A stretch of DNA of 64,000 nucleotides, from the IMG/VR virus record IMGVR_UViG_3300042308_001511, positions 280,084 through 344,083 of that record; one strand, given 5' to 3'. Shown here piece after piece: positions 17,949-27,085 of this stretch (position 1 is its first letter; every line of letters starts with the position of its first letter). A model generated the notes under the pieces. That model saw only the letters and a program-made list of their open reading frames with translations. It was not told where the DNA came from and made no database searches. Position numbers and translations under genes: made by a program.

Positions 17949-18274
17949 ACACCCAGTTCTTTAAGTCTTTCTTCTCTTATATGTTGTAAGTATTCCGCGA
18001 GAGGATAAATTACGCCCCAACTGTTAGACCACGATGTATTGGCTTCGTTGCTGTAGTCTCTATCCCATTCTCTAGGAAATCGAACTTCGAATCTCGGTCC
18101 GACGCCGTGTGGTCCTTCAGATATCTTTTTAACAATTCCTTCGACACCGATGAATCGTTCCTTAGATTCGGTCCAATCTAGGTTTGCCGAGTTTAGTTCG
18201 TGGAATCTGAATCCTTTTACTTTACTGCCTTTCTCTATCACTTTTTTTACAAATATAACAAATATAAGAATCAT
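17945..18274 (-). CDS. family-A small protein with C-tag
   Basis: KVKGFRF...FIGVEG...YPLAEYL...REERLKELGV. Confidence 0.8.
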   Translation of the reverse strand: MILIFVIFVKKVIEKGSKVKGFRFHELNSANLDWTESKERFIGVEGIVKKISEGPHGVGPRFEVRFPREWDRDYSNEANTSWSNSWGVIYPLAEYLQHIREERLKELGV

Positions 18275-18465
18275 TCTGTAACCTTTATTATGTCGTTCGA
18301 AAAATAATCGCTAACTTTTTCTTCCTCTCCATATGGTCTGAAGTAAAGAAGACCGTCTCTTTTGTAGATCCTGTGTTGACCCGCTTGTTGTACATCTACC
18401 AGGTCTCCATCCGCGAGTTCGTTGTCGAACTTGTCTATACATTTTATTTTCATGTTGTCTCTCAT
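18271..18465 (-). CDS. hypothetical protein
   Basis: 64-aa ORF. Confidence 0.65.
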   Translation of the reverse strand: MRDNMKIKCIDKFDNELADGDLVDVQQAGQHRIYKRDGLLYFRPYGEEEKVSDYFSNDIIKVTE

Positions 18466-18561
18466 GTCGTTTTTTTAGTAAAGATAAGGTGGTGGTTTGG
18501 TGTCCACAACGGACAATTGTCCTCATTTGTTTTAGGGTAAATAATAATAATATATACTCGT

Positions 18562-19227
18562 ATGAAAATTAGAATGTTTGAGAATTGGTCACAAGACTTC
18601 GTGACAGATTTCACCGACAACGGTTTCGATGTTGATGTGAATGAATATACTATCAACGGACAGTATAAGGGTAAGTTCGTGGTTACACAGGTTTCCAGGT
18701 GGTTCGACGATATGTTGGGTAAGATAGATACCGAGTACAATATAATGAGGACTAAGACATTCTTTAATTCGATTACAGGGAATGCCAACTTCGAGGTTGT
18801 TGTTGCACCTCCTACGAGTGGAAACTCGATTGAGTTTATGTTGGATGGTGTCAAGCATGAGTTCTATATAAAATATGTCAGGTGTTTCGGTAGCGGATCT
18901 GAAATAGGCCTTGCGTTTGTGGGTAACCGTGGTGATGGAGATTCTGGAACGATTTATATCAGTGTAGTTGAGAGTCCTGTGAGGAAGACGAAGAAGATCC
19001 GTTTTGGTTACAACAACAGGACCAAAAACGTTCTTGTGTCGATGGATGTAGTGGGTAAGCTACTGGAACTAATCATCTCAGATAAATTAGAGGTAGGTGA
19101 TTATGGTGAGAGAAAGAAGTATAGTGAGTTAACTAATGAAGAGCTAATTATTCGTAAATTTGATGGTGGGATGACCAAGCAGAAGTTCGATTTACATATA
19201 GATGCAATAAAGAGTGTAGTGAGATGA
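18562..19227 (+). CDS. N-tag protein (MKIRMFENW)
   Basis: 221 aa; TAATATATA at 18548-18556. Confidence 0.8.
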   Translation: MKIRMFENWSQDFVTDFTDNGFDVDVNEYTINGQYKGKFVVTQVSRWFDDMLGKIDTEYNIMRTKTFFNSITGNANFEVVVAPPTSGNSIEFMLDGVKHEFYIKYVRCFGSGSEIGLAFVGNRGDGDSGTIYISVVESPVRKTKKIRFGYNNRTKNVLVSMDVVGKLLELIISDKLEVGDYGERKKYSELTNEELIIRKFDGGMTKQKFDLHIDAIKSVVR

Positions 19228-19856
19228 GGTACATAAAACTATATGAAGAGTTCTCCAAGAACGAGTTCGACCAGGTGATGATGTCAATCTGTGAGGATAT
19301 GTCCTTCGAGGTCTACGAAGATTTCCCTTCTACTGAGGATGTAAGGGTCTACTTGGTGGACGGTTTACCTAACATAGATCGTTCTAGGTATGAAGAGTAT
19401 TTGGGTGATGATTGGCATATTATTTCGAAAGAGTACAGGTATCTCGATAAGTGTATGGTTAGTTTCGTGAAGGGTGAGCCTAGTGATGCAGCTCTTAAGT
19501 GGTTGGAGGATGTGTATGGTGACCTGAGACGAGAAGAGGAGCATCTTCCTTCGACTGAATGGGGAGCTTATGGTGAGAAGGCGGGTATTTCCTACAACTA
19601 CATTGATGGTACTGGTAGGAAGATACTATCATTCGTTGTGCGTGATGTTTTAAATCAATCGATGGATCCGTTCGATATGGAATCTTCGGGTGGTACGAAA
19701 GTATATTTCAACACTGATGTGCGTGACTTCCTACGAGCTTGTTTCGGTCTGTCGGATTTATTTGCACATATTCTAAGAGATATAGTAAATATTTGGATTA
19801 AGGATGTGTATGGTATAAACGGTCATGTCTATCTTCTTCCTCCTAATAACAGGTAG
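19224..19856 (+). CDS. N-tag protein (MRYIKLYEEF)
   Basis: ATGA-coupled; paralog of 12621..13055. Confidence 0.85.
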   Translation: MRYIKLYEEFSKNEFDQVMMSICEDMSFEVYEDFPSTEDVRVYLVDGLPNIDRSRYEEYLGDDWHIISKEYRYLDKCMVSFVKGEPSDAALKWLEDVYGDLRREEEHLPSTEWGAYGEKAGISYNYIDGTGRKILSFVVRDVLNQSMDPFDMESSGGTKVYFNTDVRDFLRACFGLSDLFAHILRDIVNIWIKDVYGINGHVYLLPPNNR

Positions 19857-19858
19857 TT

Positions 19859-20116
19859 TTAGATTCCTAGTTGATTGAGTTTGTTTTCTCTCATCTCTAC
19901 CGCGAAGTAATTTTTGAGTATTTCTCTGTCGTGAAATTGAATGTTCTTGTGAGTTATCTCGACCGTTTCTAATGGATCTGGATTGTAGTCGCTGTATGTT
20001 AGTTCGTAGTCAATGAATCTAATATATATTCGCCATCGATCGTAATTGAATCTACCAGAGTTCTTTACGACCTCTTTAAACCCTATGCTTTTTATTTCTC
20101 TTATTAGGTCTTCCAT
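19859..20116 (-). CDS. hypothetical protein with C-tag
   Basis: Ends RENKLNQLGI. Confidence 0.8.
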   Translation of the reverse strand: MEDLIREIKSIGFKEVVKNSGRFNYDRWRIYIRFIDYELTYSDYNPDPLETVEITHKNIQFHDREILKNYFAVEMRENKLNQLGI

Positions 20117-20117
20117 A

Positions 20118-20576
20118 TTATGGATTTTTATCGGTGCACATCTCTTTTTTAATCGCTTCTTCCACCTTGGAATACCAGGTGGCAGTGGAGGTGGTTGGTG
20201 GACTCACCTCTCGTTTGAGTGCGTCTTCTACCTTATAATAGTATTGGAATTTCGTTGGATCAGGTGTACCCACCTCTCGTTTGAGTGCGTCTTCTACCAG
20301 CACCTTCGTTATTGCTTGTATTTCCTCGTATTTCAAATGGAAATTGGATTCGAAAAACTCCCAGTATTTATAATAGTGTGTCCAGAATTTTTCATTTTTA
20401 CAATCCTGGTAGAATATCCATTGACCATCTTTATGATATATGAATTCTAATCCATCTTCATTATATACATTACAATTGATAATCTCAATTCCTGACGTAA
20501 TTTCGCAGAACAGGTCTATGACAGTGTTTTGGTTCCCCATCAGTAAATCAATCTTTATGTCTCTTACTTCTTTCAT
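20118..20576 (-). CDS. hypothetical protein with N-terminal tag remnant and C-terminal 22-aa repeats
   Basis: Start via TAATG overlap: MKEVRDIKIDLL...; three VE[DE]A[LI]K[RK]E repeats. Confidence 0.75.
   Translation of the reverse strand: MKEVRDIKIDLLMGNQNTVIDLFCEITSGIEIINCNVYNEDGLEFIYHKDGQWIFYQDCKNEKFWTHYYKYWEFFESNFHLKYEEIQAITKVLVEDALKREVGTPDPTKFQYYYKVEDALKREVSPPTTSTATWYSKVEEAIKKEMCTDKNP
20139..20298. repeat. in-frame tandem repeat, 66-nt period
   Basis: 28-bp exact copies at 20205-20232 and 20271-20298; degenerate copy at 20139-20166. Confidence 0.85.
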
Positions 20577-20839
20577 TAGTCTAAAAGTTCTTCTTCTCTT
20601 GCATAAAACTGTTCGCCATTTTCGTCGGTGAAATAGTAGATATAATTTCCACCTTTCATACCACATTTGTCTATGGTTATAATCTTCCCATCCATCTTTA
20701 CCTTATCTCCTTTGTAGAATAATGGCATACTTATCCAATGGGGAAAAAGGTCTAGCACCTGTTGTACTTTACCATTGTCTCCGATTATCTCTTTTATCTT
20801 TCTTTCGAATCCTGATAGGTTGTCCATTTCTTCTTTCAT
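20576..20839 (-). CDS. hypothetical protein
   Basis: MKEEMD... start avoids overlap with upstream gene. Confidence 0.7.
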   Translation of the reverse strand: MKEEMDNLSGFERKIKEIIGDNGKVQQVLDLFPHWISMPLFYKGDKVKMDGKIITIDKCGMKGGNYIYYFTDENGEQFYAREEELLD

Positions 20840-20862
20840 AGGTACAATATACGGAAAATAAT

Positions 20863-21138
20863 TTACCTCATCTCTATTTCCTCTAATGATACAACGTTCA
20901 CCTCTGCCAGTGTGTGGTATTTTGCCCACTGCTCTATGTAGATGCCACGCATCGGATCATCATCATCGTTTAGTTTCTCGTCAATCTCGCGGTAGTATTC
21001 TTTCACTTTCACTAAGAGTTTGTTTGCCTTTTCTACGTAGGCAAGTGCGAGTTCTTTGTCATTGGTTACGAACAGGTTACCTCTGTGGAAGTCGTCCCAA
21101 CTTCCGCTTGTGTATGTTATTATGTACATATTTTTCAT
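20863..21138 (-). CDS. hypothetical protein
   Basis: MKNMYIITY..., coupled start. Confidence 0.75.
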   Translation of the reverse strand: MKNMYIITYTSGSWDDFHRGNLFVTNDKELALAYVEKANKLLVKVKEYYREIDEKLNDDDDPMRGIYIEQWAKYHTLAEVNVVSLEEIEMR

Positions 21139-21386
21139 TGTATTTCTAATTTGTTCAATTGTCTTTCTCTCCACTCTTTTTGTGTGTAAAATCTTTCTTC
21201 AATATCACCGCCGACCCAATGTGGAATACCATCTCCGTTTGTATTTTTTATGATGCTACCTGGCCCGTCTACGAAAGTAATTTCATACATATCACCTGGT
21301 ATGAAATGGTATTCATAAGACCCTCCGGTTTTACCATATAGTGCGGTATAGGGTTTATTAACATAGATTATATCTCCTACTTTCAT
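21135..21386 (-). CDS. family-B-like small protein with C-tag
   Basis: Ends RERQLNKLEIQ. Confidence 0.8.
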   Translation of the reverse strand: MKVGDIIYVNKPYTALYGKTGGSYEYHFIPGDMYEITFVDGPGSIIKNTNGDGIPHWVGGDIEERFYTQKEWRERQLNKLEIQ

Positions 21387-21724
21387 ATTCCTAGTTCTAT
21401 TAGTCTCTGTTCTCGTATCTCACGGAGATACTCTTTTATAGGATAGCACCATTTCCTTGGCGGCACTTCCTCTAAACGATAATCTCCTTCATTCGAACTT
21501 GATAATACTAATCTTTCAATTTCCTCATCAGGAAGGATTTCGAATTGTATGGTTATGTAGTTTTCATTCGGTGTTCTGGATTCGTATACTATTTCTACTA
21601 TTGATCCCTCGCGACCGATGTATTTCTCCATACGTTGATCCCAGTACATATTCGAAGAGTTTTTCTTATTTGTGAACCTGAACCCTTTTGCTTTTTGTCC
21701 TAACTCTAGTGTACCTACTTTCAT
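21383..21724 (-). CDS. family-A protein with C-tag
   Basis: AKGFRF...MEKYIGREG...WCYPIKEYL...REQRLIELGI. Confidence 0.85.
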   Translation of the reverse strand: MKVGTLELGQKAKGFRFTNKKNSSNMYWDQRMEKYIGREGSIVEIVYESRTPNENYITIQFEILPDEEIERLVLSSSNEGDYRLEEVPPRKWCYPIKEYLREIREQRLIELGI

Positions 21725-21921
21725 ATCCCCAGTTCTTCCAGCTGTTTCTCTCTCCACTTATTCATTGGTATTACCGTTCTTATATTATGCCAGGTAAAAT
21801 AACCTTTATCATCAACTATTTTATAGTCAAAATAAGTTTGGTCGATAACGTCATATGCCTTACCATAGGTGAGGTTCGTAGTTGTGCCGTAGCTGATCTC
21901 GCTTATACAAACAACTTTCAT
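21721..21921 (-). CDS. family-B small protein with C-tag
   Basis: MKVVCIS...LTYGKAYDV...REKQLEELGI. Confidence 0.85.
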   Translation of the reverse strand: MKVVCISEISYGTTTNLTYGKAYDVIDQTYFDYKIVDDKGYFTWHNIRTVIPMNKWREKQLEELGI

Positions 21922-21922
21922 T

Positions 21923-22339
21923 TCATTTCGTTTTTGTAATCTCTTTGTCGAAGCAGTATAGAGCATCCAGAACCTCTTTCTTTGTGTCGAAGTTGTTCCA
22001 TTCGTTGAAGTAATCGAAAACACACCCGTCTACGCCGTCTGCGTAAATAGATACTTCCCACCACTTTGTCTCACACTCTTCGTTGAATATATCCACCGTG
22101 AAGTTCTTGCCGTGGTATGTGTACCACCCAATCCCATTTTTGGTCACTTTGATACCGTCTTCTTTCAGGATCTCACCGAAAGACTTTGGCTTACACAGCT
22201 TGGCCCACTTCTTCGCTAGTTTGTCGTACTGAGATTTATAGTCAGTGTAGTTCATCTTACCTGCTTTATAGTCTTCACCAAGTGTCAGAATGTTTTGTTT
22301 TATTTCTTCGTGTGTCATCGCAGTGGGTTTGTTTAACAA
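21923..22339 (-). CDS. hypothetical protein
   Basis: 138-aa ORF. Confidence 0.75.
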   Translation of the reverse strand: MLNKPTAMTHEEIKQNILTLGEDYKAGKMNYTDYKSQYDKLAKKWAKLCKPKSFGEILKEDGIKVTKNGIGWYTYHGKNFTVDIFNEECETKWWEVSIYADGVDGCVFDYFNEWNNFDTKKEVLDALYCFDKEITKTK

Positions 22340-22390
22340 ATATAGTTAAATGGTTTAACACCTCATCATATCCCCCATTGTATTTTTATT

Positions 22391-23650
22391 TTATTGTTTC
22401 TTCTTTGTCTTCTTTTTAGTTGGTATTGGCGGTAAAGATTTGAACTCTGTCAGTGTAGGCTCGAGTCCTTTCATTATCGGCCTCAGGTACGACACGTGTT
22501 CCTTTTCGTACTGTTCTATTATCCAACTTTCTTTAAACTCTTTCTCTATCTTTGTGACCAGGTCGCCGAACTCTCGGTCCAACTCTGTGAAGACTTTGAC
22601 AATCTCCGGGTTCCCCATCGTTTCTTTGTATATTTCTGGGTAATTCTGTTTGGCGTAGAGTAGGTACCATCCCGTGAATGTCCTGAACTCGTACCAAGCG
22701 AAGTAGGTCGATAGGCAGCCTTCCTCGAATATTTTCAACGACACCTTGTCACCTTTCACCTTTGCTGTCTGGTATCCTATCCAGTTAGACCGGGTTCCGT
22801 TATAGTATGCAGAGAACTCGTCCATCATTCCGTATATGCCCCACGAGTTGGCACTTACTTTCGAGTTGGCACTTACGTAGGTGCCGTACCTGAATATCTT
22901 TGATGGTGCGTCCTTTGGAACTATGGCTATGAACTCGCATGAATTGTAAGGTTTAGTGTGTCTCGCCCATAGGTCGTGGCCGGGTGTTATCATATAGCGG
23001 TGTCGAAGATCTTTGTCCCATCCCCAGTCTATCTTGTTGTAGTGATGTGTCGTCTCGTGTAGTAGCGTGTTGAGTTTATGTGGAAAACTTACACTGGTGT
23101 CACCACCGTATGGTATAGTCTTTCCATTTACCACAGAGTTGTAACATCCGGGACCGCAGTACGCACTATCTACTACTATCATATACTCTGGACACCACTT
23201 TTTGATACTGGCGATGGCTTTGTTCTTTATATACTCTTGACTTTGCTTGATGTAGAGCTCGTTGTTCTTTCTTATCCATTCTAGTCTTTCCCATTCCTTT
23301 ATGGTTGGAAACAAATTGGCTTCGTATTTCTTTATTCGTTTTGGATTGAATATTCCTTCGTAGAGATCGTTTTTCTTGTCGTCGTATCGCATGAACTTGG
23401 GAACCTTACCTTTCATAACTATTCCGAAACGTTTTATTATGTATGTGCCGGAGTCGATCTTCTCGATCGGTATTCTGACATCCTTTGGTTTGTATGGTTT
23501 TTGATAAGAGTGTGTAACAAAGGTTCCGTCGCTGTAGAACCTTATGGCTTTTATTGGTTTGTTTCCGGTTAGGTATACTTTGGAAGTGTCTGGTTGTGCC
23601 AGTGATATAAGTGGTAACAGAAGTAGTATAATGAGTTTCATATCCTTCAA
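22391..23650 (-). CDS. exported protein with HExxH zincin-like motif
   Basis: Signal peptide LIILLLLPLISLA; LLHETTHH. Confidence 0.6.
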   Translation of the reverse strand: MKDMKLIILLLLPLISLAQPDTSKVYLTGNKPIKAIRFYSDGTFVTHSYQKPYKPKDVRIPIEKIDSGTYIIKRFGIVMKGKVPKFMRYDDKKNDLYEGIFNPKRIKKYEANLFPTIKEWERLEWIRKNNELYIKQSQEYIKNKAIASIKKWCPEYMIVVDSAYCGPGCYNSVVNGKTIPYGGDTSVSFPHKLNTLLHETTHHYNKIDWGWDKDLRHRYMITPGHDLWARHTKPYNSCEFIAIVPKDAPSKIFRYGTYVSANSKVSANSWGIYGMMDEFSAYYNGTRSNWIGYQTAKVKGDKVSLKIFEEGCLSTYFAWYEFRTFTGWYLLYAKQNYPEIYKETMGNPEIVKVFTELDREFGDLVTKIEKEFKESWIIEQYEKEHVSYLRPIMKGLEPTLTEFKSLPPIPTKKKTKKKQ

Positions 23651-23663
23651 ATGTAAGGATATA

Positions 23664-24137
23664 TTAGTATTTACAGTGTATGTTTAGATAGATACCTTTC
23701 ATTTGTGCATTGATATATACAAATCGAATAAAGTAGGTTGTATTCTTTTTTATGTAGGTATATTCTTCAAATGAAGTAACCTCGCTTAAGAAGTTGGATT
23801 CATTTATATCTACTTTGACTTTTGTTCTATCTTTTGGTAAATCTTTGGCAAATTTATTTAAAACATTAGTAATAGAATCTGATGAGACATTACTTTTTAG
23901 ATCAACACCATCATAATCATTAAGATAATAAAGCCCGGTGAATCCTTTTGTTTTGACCATATCGACTATTATGTCGATTTTTTTTGAATAAAGAATGTCC
24001 AAAAGGCGGTTTTTATATTTGTTATGATTGGCAAATACTTTTGTAGGTTGCCATGTATCTGAAGCGTCTATATCTGTACTATCTGATTGTGAGTACAAAT
24101 TCAATGCTATCAATAAGAATAAAGTTAAAATTTTCAT
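23664..24137 (-). CDS. putative exported protein
   Basis: Signal peptide MKILTLFLLIALNLYSQ. Confidence 0.75.
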   Translation of the reverse strand: MKILTLFLLIALNLYSQSDSTDIDASDTWQPTKVFANHNKYKNRLLDILYSKKIDIIVDMVKTKGFTGLYYLNDYDGVDLKSNVSSDSITNVLNKFAKDLPKDRTKVKVDINESNFLSEVTSFEEYTYIKKNTTYFIRFVYINAQMKGIYLNIHCKY

Positions 24138-24470
24138 AGTAGGCTGCCTATTTTTATGTCTCTTATTTCCTGTTCGGTCAGAGCGAATTTTATTTCTGTT
24201 GCTTGTTGGTGCATTAGTATTTCGATTTCGGTCGCTGATCTGGTTTCCCTACTCTTTATGCTTATAGCGTTGGTAAACCACCAAGGCCACGTATTCTCAC
24301 CGTCGTTTAAACAACAATGAGGTTTCGCTCCAGTGATTGTTCATATCGGTTAGTACATATGCACCAAGAGACCATTGATCGTCCTCTATTTGTGTCCTTA
24401 AAGGACGGAATATGGCGATTCCACCTTTGGTCTCACACACGTATGTTTCTCCTTCTATGAACACTCTCAT
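24134..24470 (-). pseudogene. split paralog of 17595..17948 (+1 frame break)
   Basis: MRVFIEGETY...SLLFK (ORF 24297..24470) continues as DGENTWP...EIRDIKIGSLL* in the +1 frame; 337 nt = 3n+1. Confidence 0.8.
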
Positions 24471-24480
24471 TGTTTATCCT

Positions 24481-24717
24481 TTATTCAATTCCAATTTCTT
24501 TTAGTTTAAGTTCCCTGAACTCTTCCTGTGTCACGAACCTAGTTCTTAGGTAGTCATTGCTTATACCCATATCGTTGATGAGCGTGTAGAATCTTATGTG
24601 ATATGTTTCGATTACGTAGTATGTCTTCCCATAGGTAAGCTCTTGACCTCCATTTTGTCCGAATTTGAGTATGTCGGTCTCGCAGTCTATGCAGACGAGT
24701 GGTTTTCCTTTCATCAT
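24481..24717 (-). CDS. family-B small protein with C-tag
   Basis: VCID...LTYGKTYYV...RELKLKEIGIE. Confidence 0.85.
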   Translation of the reverse strand: MMKGKPLVCIDCETDILKFGQNGGQELTYGKTYYVIETYHIRFYTLINDMGISNDYLRTRFVTQEEFRELKLKEIGIE

Positions 24718-24718
24718 C

Positions 24719-25045
24719 TTACTTTTTTGATTCGTGCCACTCCCGTTTGTTGGTGTATGTCTTCCTGTGTTCGTCTATCATACCAAGTGCCTCTTCGTAT
24801 TCGTAGATCCTTTCCTTCTCGAAGATTTCGAGTGTCTCACCACCCAATCCTCTCTTAACGTAGAGTTTGTGTGGGTTCGCCACACAGGTCTCAATCTCGT
24901 TTCCTTCTCCTGTGTAGTCTCTAACATATCCGTAAGGCTTGTCGATCAACTGTGCGAAGTTTTTCTTGCTGTTCGTTGCGCAGATGATTAGTACCTCTAC
25001 ACCTCTTATCAGAGTCGTTAGGTTGTATTGTTTTAGTTTTGCCAT
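24719..25045 (-). CDS. hypothetical protein
   Basis: 108-aa ORF. Confidence 0.75.
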   Translation of the reverse strand: MAKLKQYNLTTLIRGVEVLIICATNSKKNFAQLIDKPYGYVRDYTGEGNEIETCVANPHKLYVKRGLGGETLEIFEKERIYEYEEALGMIDEHRKTYTNKREWHESKK

Positions 25046-25065
25046 ACTGTGAATATAAGGATTTT

Positions 25066-25617
25066 TTAGAAGTTCTTGTATGTCTCGAAAGATTTTCCGG
25101 TTGTGTCACCACCGTAGTTGTCAACTTCTTCACCATCGTAGAACACCTCGCCTACTATATCTCCGTAGAAGTATTGGTCTATACCTATCTCGTCATAGAT
25201 CTTGATTTTCATTTTGGTGATGTCGAACTCGTCCTCTGTTGTTATGTCTCCTTGGAAGAAACTACCTTTCTCGAAAGAGATACACATAAGAAGATCCTTC
25301 GTCTCGTCGACTGGGACGTACTCATACTCTACAAGTTCGAAGTCTTCTGTGTCGTGGTCGTGTAGGCTCTCGGAGTCTATTGTAAAAACAGTTTCGCCTT
25401 CTTCGTCGGTGATTTCTATGGTGTATCCACCGGACGCGCCCCATTTGTGGAACTGGTTATCTATCTCGTGCCAGCCACCAATCTCGTCTAAGTCTTCATC
25501 TACTGCCTCAACGAGTTCTTTGTAGGGGTTGTTCAGTATTTTCTTTATGTCTTCGTTAACGGATCCGATGGTGACTTCACTACCATATCCGCTGATTGAT
25601 ATTTTGTAAGTTCTCAT
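25066..25617 (-). CDS. highly acidic protein, related to 33855..34787
   Basis: D/E-rich; shared layout (FDITKMKI / FDFSKITF; VFYDGEE / VFYGEE). Confidence 0.75.
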   Translation of the reverse strand: MRTYKISISGYGSEVTIGSVNEDIKKILNNPYKELVEAVDEDLDEIGGWHEIDNQFHKWGASGGYTIEITDEEGETVFTIDSESLHDHDTEDFELVEYEYVPVDETKDLLMCISFEKGSFFQGDITTEDEFDITKMKIKIYDEIGIDQYFYGDIVGEVFYDGEEVDNYGGDTTGKSFETYKNF

Positions 25618-25639
25618 ATTGTAAATATAAGGAAGTTTT

Positions 25640-25966
25640 TCATAGTATAAGTTCGATCCTGGCGTCTCGTTTTTCTTGTTCGGTCACTTTATGCTTAACG
25701 AACCTTTCTTCGAATTTCCTTGCGTTTTCTTCGTCATCGTTGTGATACTCGATCCAGTGTGAGTTATTTGTGCTATATCTGAATCGTTCTTCGAGTTCAT
25801 TCGAACTTGCATACTTCATCACTGCCCAGTTCGTTATAACTCCCTGTATGGTGGTTATCTGTCCGTTTTCTGCGATGTGAATGACACATAGCCAGTAGCT
25901 AAGCATCTCACTGAACATAGAACCTCTCTTTGGGTTAAGCAGTGCGTTTTTGGTTTTGTTTTCCAT
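25640..25966 (-). CDS. hypothetical protein with C-tag variant
   Basis: Ends RDARIELIL. Confidence 0.8.
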   Translation of the reverse strand: MENKTKNALLNPKRGSMFSEMLSYWLCVIHIAENGQITTIQGVITNWAVMKYASSNELEERFRYSTNNSHWIEYHNDDEENARKFEERFVKHKVTEQEKRDARIELIL

Positions 25967-25979
25967 TTCTTCTTATGTT

Positions 25980-26219
25980 TTAGATTCCGAGTGAATCGAT
26001 CCTCTGTTCTCTGTATTCTGCCATATCCATAAAGTCTGACCTGCGGCGGACCCTGTATTGACCGTCTTCACAGGTGACGATGACAAGTTTTGGTCCTAGC
26101 TCACCAGTTGGTGTGTACGTTGAAGGGCAGTCTGATGTCTCGTAAGCCTTTCTAGCTTTCATTAACCATACTCCGTTACCATCCTTCCAATCGTGTTTGG
26201 ATATCATTATATCGTTCAT
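25980..26219 (-). CDS. small protein with C-tag
   Basis: Ends REQRIDSLGI. Confidence 0.8.
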   Translation of the reverse strand: MNDIMISKHDWKDGNGVWLMKARKAYETSDCPSTYTPTGELGPKLVIVTCEDGQYRVRRRSDFMDMAEYREQRIDSLGI

Positions 26220-26431
26220 ATTCCTAGTTTTTCCAGTACGAGTTGTCTTTTTTCCACAGTTGATATGAATAGTTCTCTATCGTATATTGCATAGTCGGTT
26301 TCGCCGTTTCCCCAGTATATTGCGTAGTAGTTTACTCTATCCACCGCATCGTACCATTCGCCAATCTTTATGTCGGTGTGATAGCCGGATCTGTTTGATA
26401 CACACTGAACTTTTATCCTCTGTCGTTTCAT
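26216..26431 (-). CDS. family-B small protein with C-tag
   Basis: QCVSN...IGEWYDA...RQLVLEKLGI. Confidence 0.8.
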   Translation of the reverse strand: MKRQRIKVQCVSNRSGYHTDIKIGEWYDAVDRVNYYAIYWGNGETDYAIYDRELFISTVEKRQLVLEKLGI

Positions 26432-26694
26432 ATTCCGAGTTCTTTTATCTTTTGGTCTCTTAGTCGTATTTTGTATTCGTCGAGATTTATGGTGATGTCT
26501 TTTTTATAGGTGAAATGTTTCTTCATACCTTGTACGTTCTTTATGATAGTAAAGTAATAGTTCACCATTAGTAAGTCTTCGGTAAAGTCTAATTGTATTT
26601 CGTAGATTTTATCGATGACTATTTTATCTCTTTCTATCGTAGGCTCTTTTTCGGTTATAAAGTCCTTTATCAGTTCGTTGTCGTATTCGATCAT
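26428..26694 (-). CDS. small protein with C-tag
   Basis: Ends RDQKIKELGI. Confidence 0.85.
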   Translation of the reverse strand: MIEYDNELIKDFITEKEPTIERDKIVIDKIYEIQLDFTEDLLMVNYYFTIIKNVQGMKKHFTYKKDITINLDEYKIRLRDQKIKELGI

Positions 26695-26945
26695 TCTATT
26701 CCTAGTTCATCGAGTTTTCTGTCTCTTTGTCTCTGTGCCTCGCTGAGGTTGATTAGTCGGCCTCTTGTGTGTGAATTTGGGCTGTGGAAGTTTTTGTTGT
26801 GACTCGACGTCCACGGTATGTCGAGCTCGCTGGACCAAATCCATATTCTATCGTACGTGAAGTTCTTGTCGTCGAGTTCCTCTATCGTGAACGTCTTTTC
26901 TGGCTGTGTTTCCCAGTACACGAGGTCTCCTACCTGGTAGTTCAT
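26691..26945 (-). CDS. small SH3/KOW-like protein with C-tag
   Basis: YQVGDLVYW...RDRKLDELGIE. Confidence 0.8.
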   Translation of the reverse strand: MNYQVGDLVYWETQPEKTFTIEELDDKNFTYDRIWIWSSELDIPWTSSHNKNFHSPNSHTRGRLINLSEAQRQRDRKLDELGIE

Positions 26946-27085
26946 ATCCCTATTACTTTTACGTGCGACTTTATATCCATTGGTGTTCCTGCTGTTTTAT
27001 TTTCCGAATATAAGTAAATAATATGTAACTGACAAATTATAGTTATTTTATTTTTAATATATAAGATATAAAAAAAATATTTATA

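Noticed and set aside
20139-20298. CRISPR array (28-bp repeat, 38-bp spacers)
   Set aside because: Only two exact copies, in frame within a CDS; the third copy conserves amino acids rather than nucleotides; no cas genes or leader seen.
24303-24312. Classic -1 programmed frameshift heptamer T TTA AAC
   Set aside because: The upstream ORF reads TTT AAA, so reaching the downstream frame needs +1 (or -2), the opposite of -1 slippage.
26942-26980. 12-aa ORF MDIKSHVKVIGI* as a tagged microprotein
   Set aside because: Only the IGI/ATGA end matches; likely a remnant of a deleted gene.
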